Of a DNA stretch of 64,000 bases, positions 62,010 through 64,000 are shown piece by piece. The stretch is from the NCBI GenBank assembly GCA_032718475.1, contig JAUCBJ010000527.1:21831-85830 (forward strand). The letters are read 5' to 3'. Position 1 is the stretch's first letter. Every line of letters begins with the position of its first letter. The position numbers and the translations under genes were made by a program. Origin of the DNA: Nemertoderma westbladi (lineage: Eukaryota; Animalia; Xenacoelomorpha). The notes beneath the pieces were generated by a model. The model was not told where the DNA came from, did not search any database, and saw only the letters and a program-made list of their open reading frames with translations.

Positions 62010-62436
62010 ATTTTTATCAATGTTCTTCAACATGAATTGAATTACTTATAGTGTCAAAAGATGCGCCAGACTTTCCGCTTTCAATAGATAAGCCACTTTT
62101 GAAATGATTGAGATTAAATGTGTATTTAAATGGATAGAAAATCGCTGTCCATAGAAACCAAGATAAAAATTTAACGGAGCACTGCGTAGTGACGTCAAAT
62201 CTGTAACAGCCAATCACAGTCGATTTTCAAAATTGGCTTTCCGCGCATAATTAATCTCGCAATTTCGAACGTTTCCTCGCGTTTTTACAAAAAGCACACC
62301 CCGCCACTCGATTCAGGGCACCTTGCTACCCTTTATTAAATTGTTTCTAGCCCAACAAGTTTTTCGCTAACCAACCCTATATAGAACTGTATTGATATAT
62401 ATTTATAAAAAATATAATTTTATTTAGTTATTAGTT

Positions 62437-63240
62437 ACTACTACTACTAGATCGTGTGAACTCGGACAGTGGAAATGAGATCATTCCAGCTTCCCGATTC
62501 CCCATAGTTTCGTTTCTCTCAAGTTCAGTGTTTCTTTCCAGCTGGTCTAATATGTCATAGCCGGTCGTCCACGGCTACGCTTTCCTTGTGTTGGTTGACT
62601 GACAGAGAAGTAGATCTGGTATGACCTCATGTTTACTTATCCAGCAGTGCCCACTGAATCTTAATCTGAGTTCCATCAAATCGTTGTTAGAGTGATTTCA
62701 TCAGTGTCCAGGTTTCACCGTATTGCCGTATAAAAGTAAACTTTCCACTGTGTCTCGAAAGAACTTAATCTTCTGGTACCTGGAAAGGTCTGGTCTGATT
62801 TCCAGATGGTTATCCAGATAGTCATTTTTGATAGAGCCACCCGTGCCTTTGCTTTCCTAACTTATATCTCTTCTATCCACATGACCCAAAGTACTGAAAG
62901 TCGTCAACTTTTCTTAGTTGATAATTATTATCGTTTGTTATCAACTTTTACATTTATATGCAATCTAACCTCCTTAACAGCCCACTCCACTTTATTCAGT
63001 AGAAGCTGACATTTCATTAAAGAGCAGGGCGATGTCATCCGCAAAGTCGGTGTACAATGACAGTACAATTACGAATAGTACTGGCGCAAATGTGTCACCT
63101 TGCAGTACCCCAGTTAGGATTGAGAAGAACTCAGTTTCATCATTTGGTGGGAGTAGTACCTGAGCTTCTGTGTCACAATATAACAATCCAATGCCAGCGA
63201 CAATTACTTATGGTATTCCATAAGATCTTATGATTTGAGA
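62437..63240 (-). pseudogene. Decayed RTE-clade LINE (second family) with (AGT)n tail
   Basis: GVLQGDTFAPVLF, TDFADDIALL, LRFSGHC-like motif; actactactact at ~62438. Confidence 0.8.
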
Positions 63241-64000
63241 CAGGGGGAGAAACTGGATGCAAAGCCCGCTTTGGCGAATTATTATCCCGCCCCAATGTTA
63301 AATTCTCAATTTAGGGATAGCAGCAGGTTACAGTGGAACGTTATTTTAACCAAAACAATAAACTAAACACAATAGAACAGGTTACAGTTTTATTTTTGAT
63401 CGTAAGCAGCGGTTATTTGAATCCAATTTCCCCTGGATAGGGATGAATTTTTATTGCATCCAGTCCCCCCCCCCCCCCCCCCCCCCCCTATTTTTGAAGG
63501 ATTTCCTGCATTTTACCTCTATGGATGGAGTCAAATGTTTTCTGTATTTTTGAACAAATGTTAGGACTGCGGTGAGATTCTTTGAATTAATTCCCTCAAT
63601 CAGTTATCGTAGGGTAGCACAGAACAAGTACCTGAGCTACAGTAGGCCTATTGTTGATCTATTTGGTCGAAATCCATTTTGGCTCTTATGCAGCCAGTTT
63701 CTCTATGTGAGGCCTAATTCTATATAGTTTAATTTTGTTGTATATGTTGGCAGCTATTACAAGCAGACAGATCCCACAATAGTTTGTTGGTATACCGAAG
63801 TATCCTTTCTTAGGGAGAGGCTTTAGTTGACTTTTAGTCCAAATTGGTGGTGGCATTTACCCTTTGAGCATCCGGTTGCAAACATCAAATAGTGGTCTGT
63901 TTAGCACTTCTCTTTTCCATACCTCTGCAAGGATTTCATCTGATCCACTCGTTTATGATTAGACATACGTTTAATGCTTCTTTAAAGTTCGGCGGAAGTG

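Overview
This looks like AT-rich invertebrate-type eukaryotic DNA with no confidently callable host gene; it is mostly nested transposon remnants plus two large structures. (1) About 27.2-38.8 kb is the left part of a Polinton/Maverick-like (protein-primed PolB) endogenous virus. It has a candidate AGTAGT terminus, an intact ~1356-aa pPolB, a TBP-like gene cut off by a later insertion, a membrane-anchored dUTPase-like gene with eroded catalytic motifs, a PC4-like gene split by one in-frame TGA and an acidic ORF. A 2868-bp block of it is tandemly duplicated. Integrase, capsid, ATPase and protease genes are not visible in this window. (2) About 41.4-59.5 kb is an ~18-kb array of ~234 copies of a 73-bp unit that runs directly into, and is a piece of, the ORF2 3' end of an L2-type LINE. 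It shows dimeric and multi-kb higher-order structure and carries a 5'-truncated RTE LINE insertion with a 14-bp TSD. The rest is decayed Helitron, pogo, hAT-like, Sola1/Sola2, CACTA-like, tyrosine-recombinase, BEL/Pao, CR1, RTE and SINE fragments, a Kolobok-like non-autonomous element, several minisatellites and fold-back palindromes. All family calls rest on motif recognition by eye; no database search was run.
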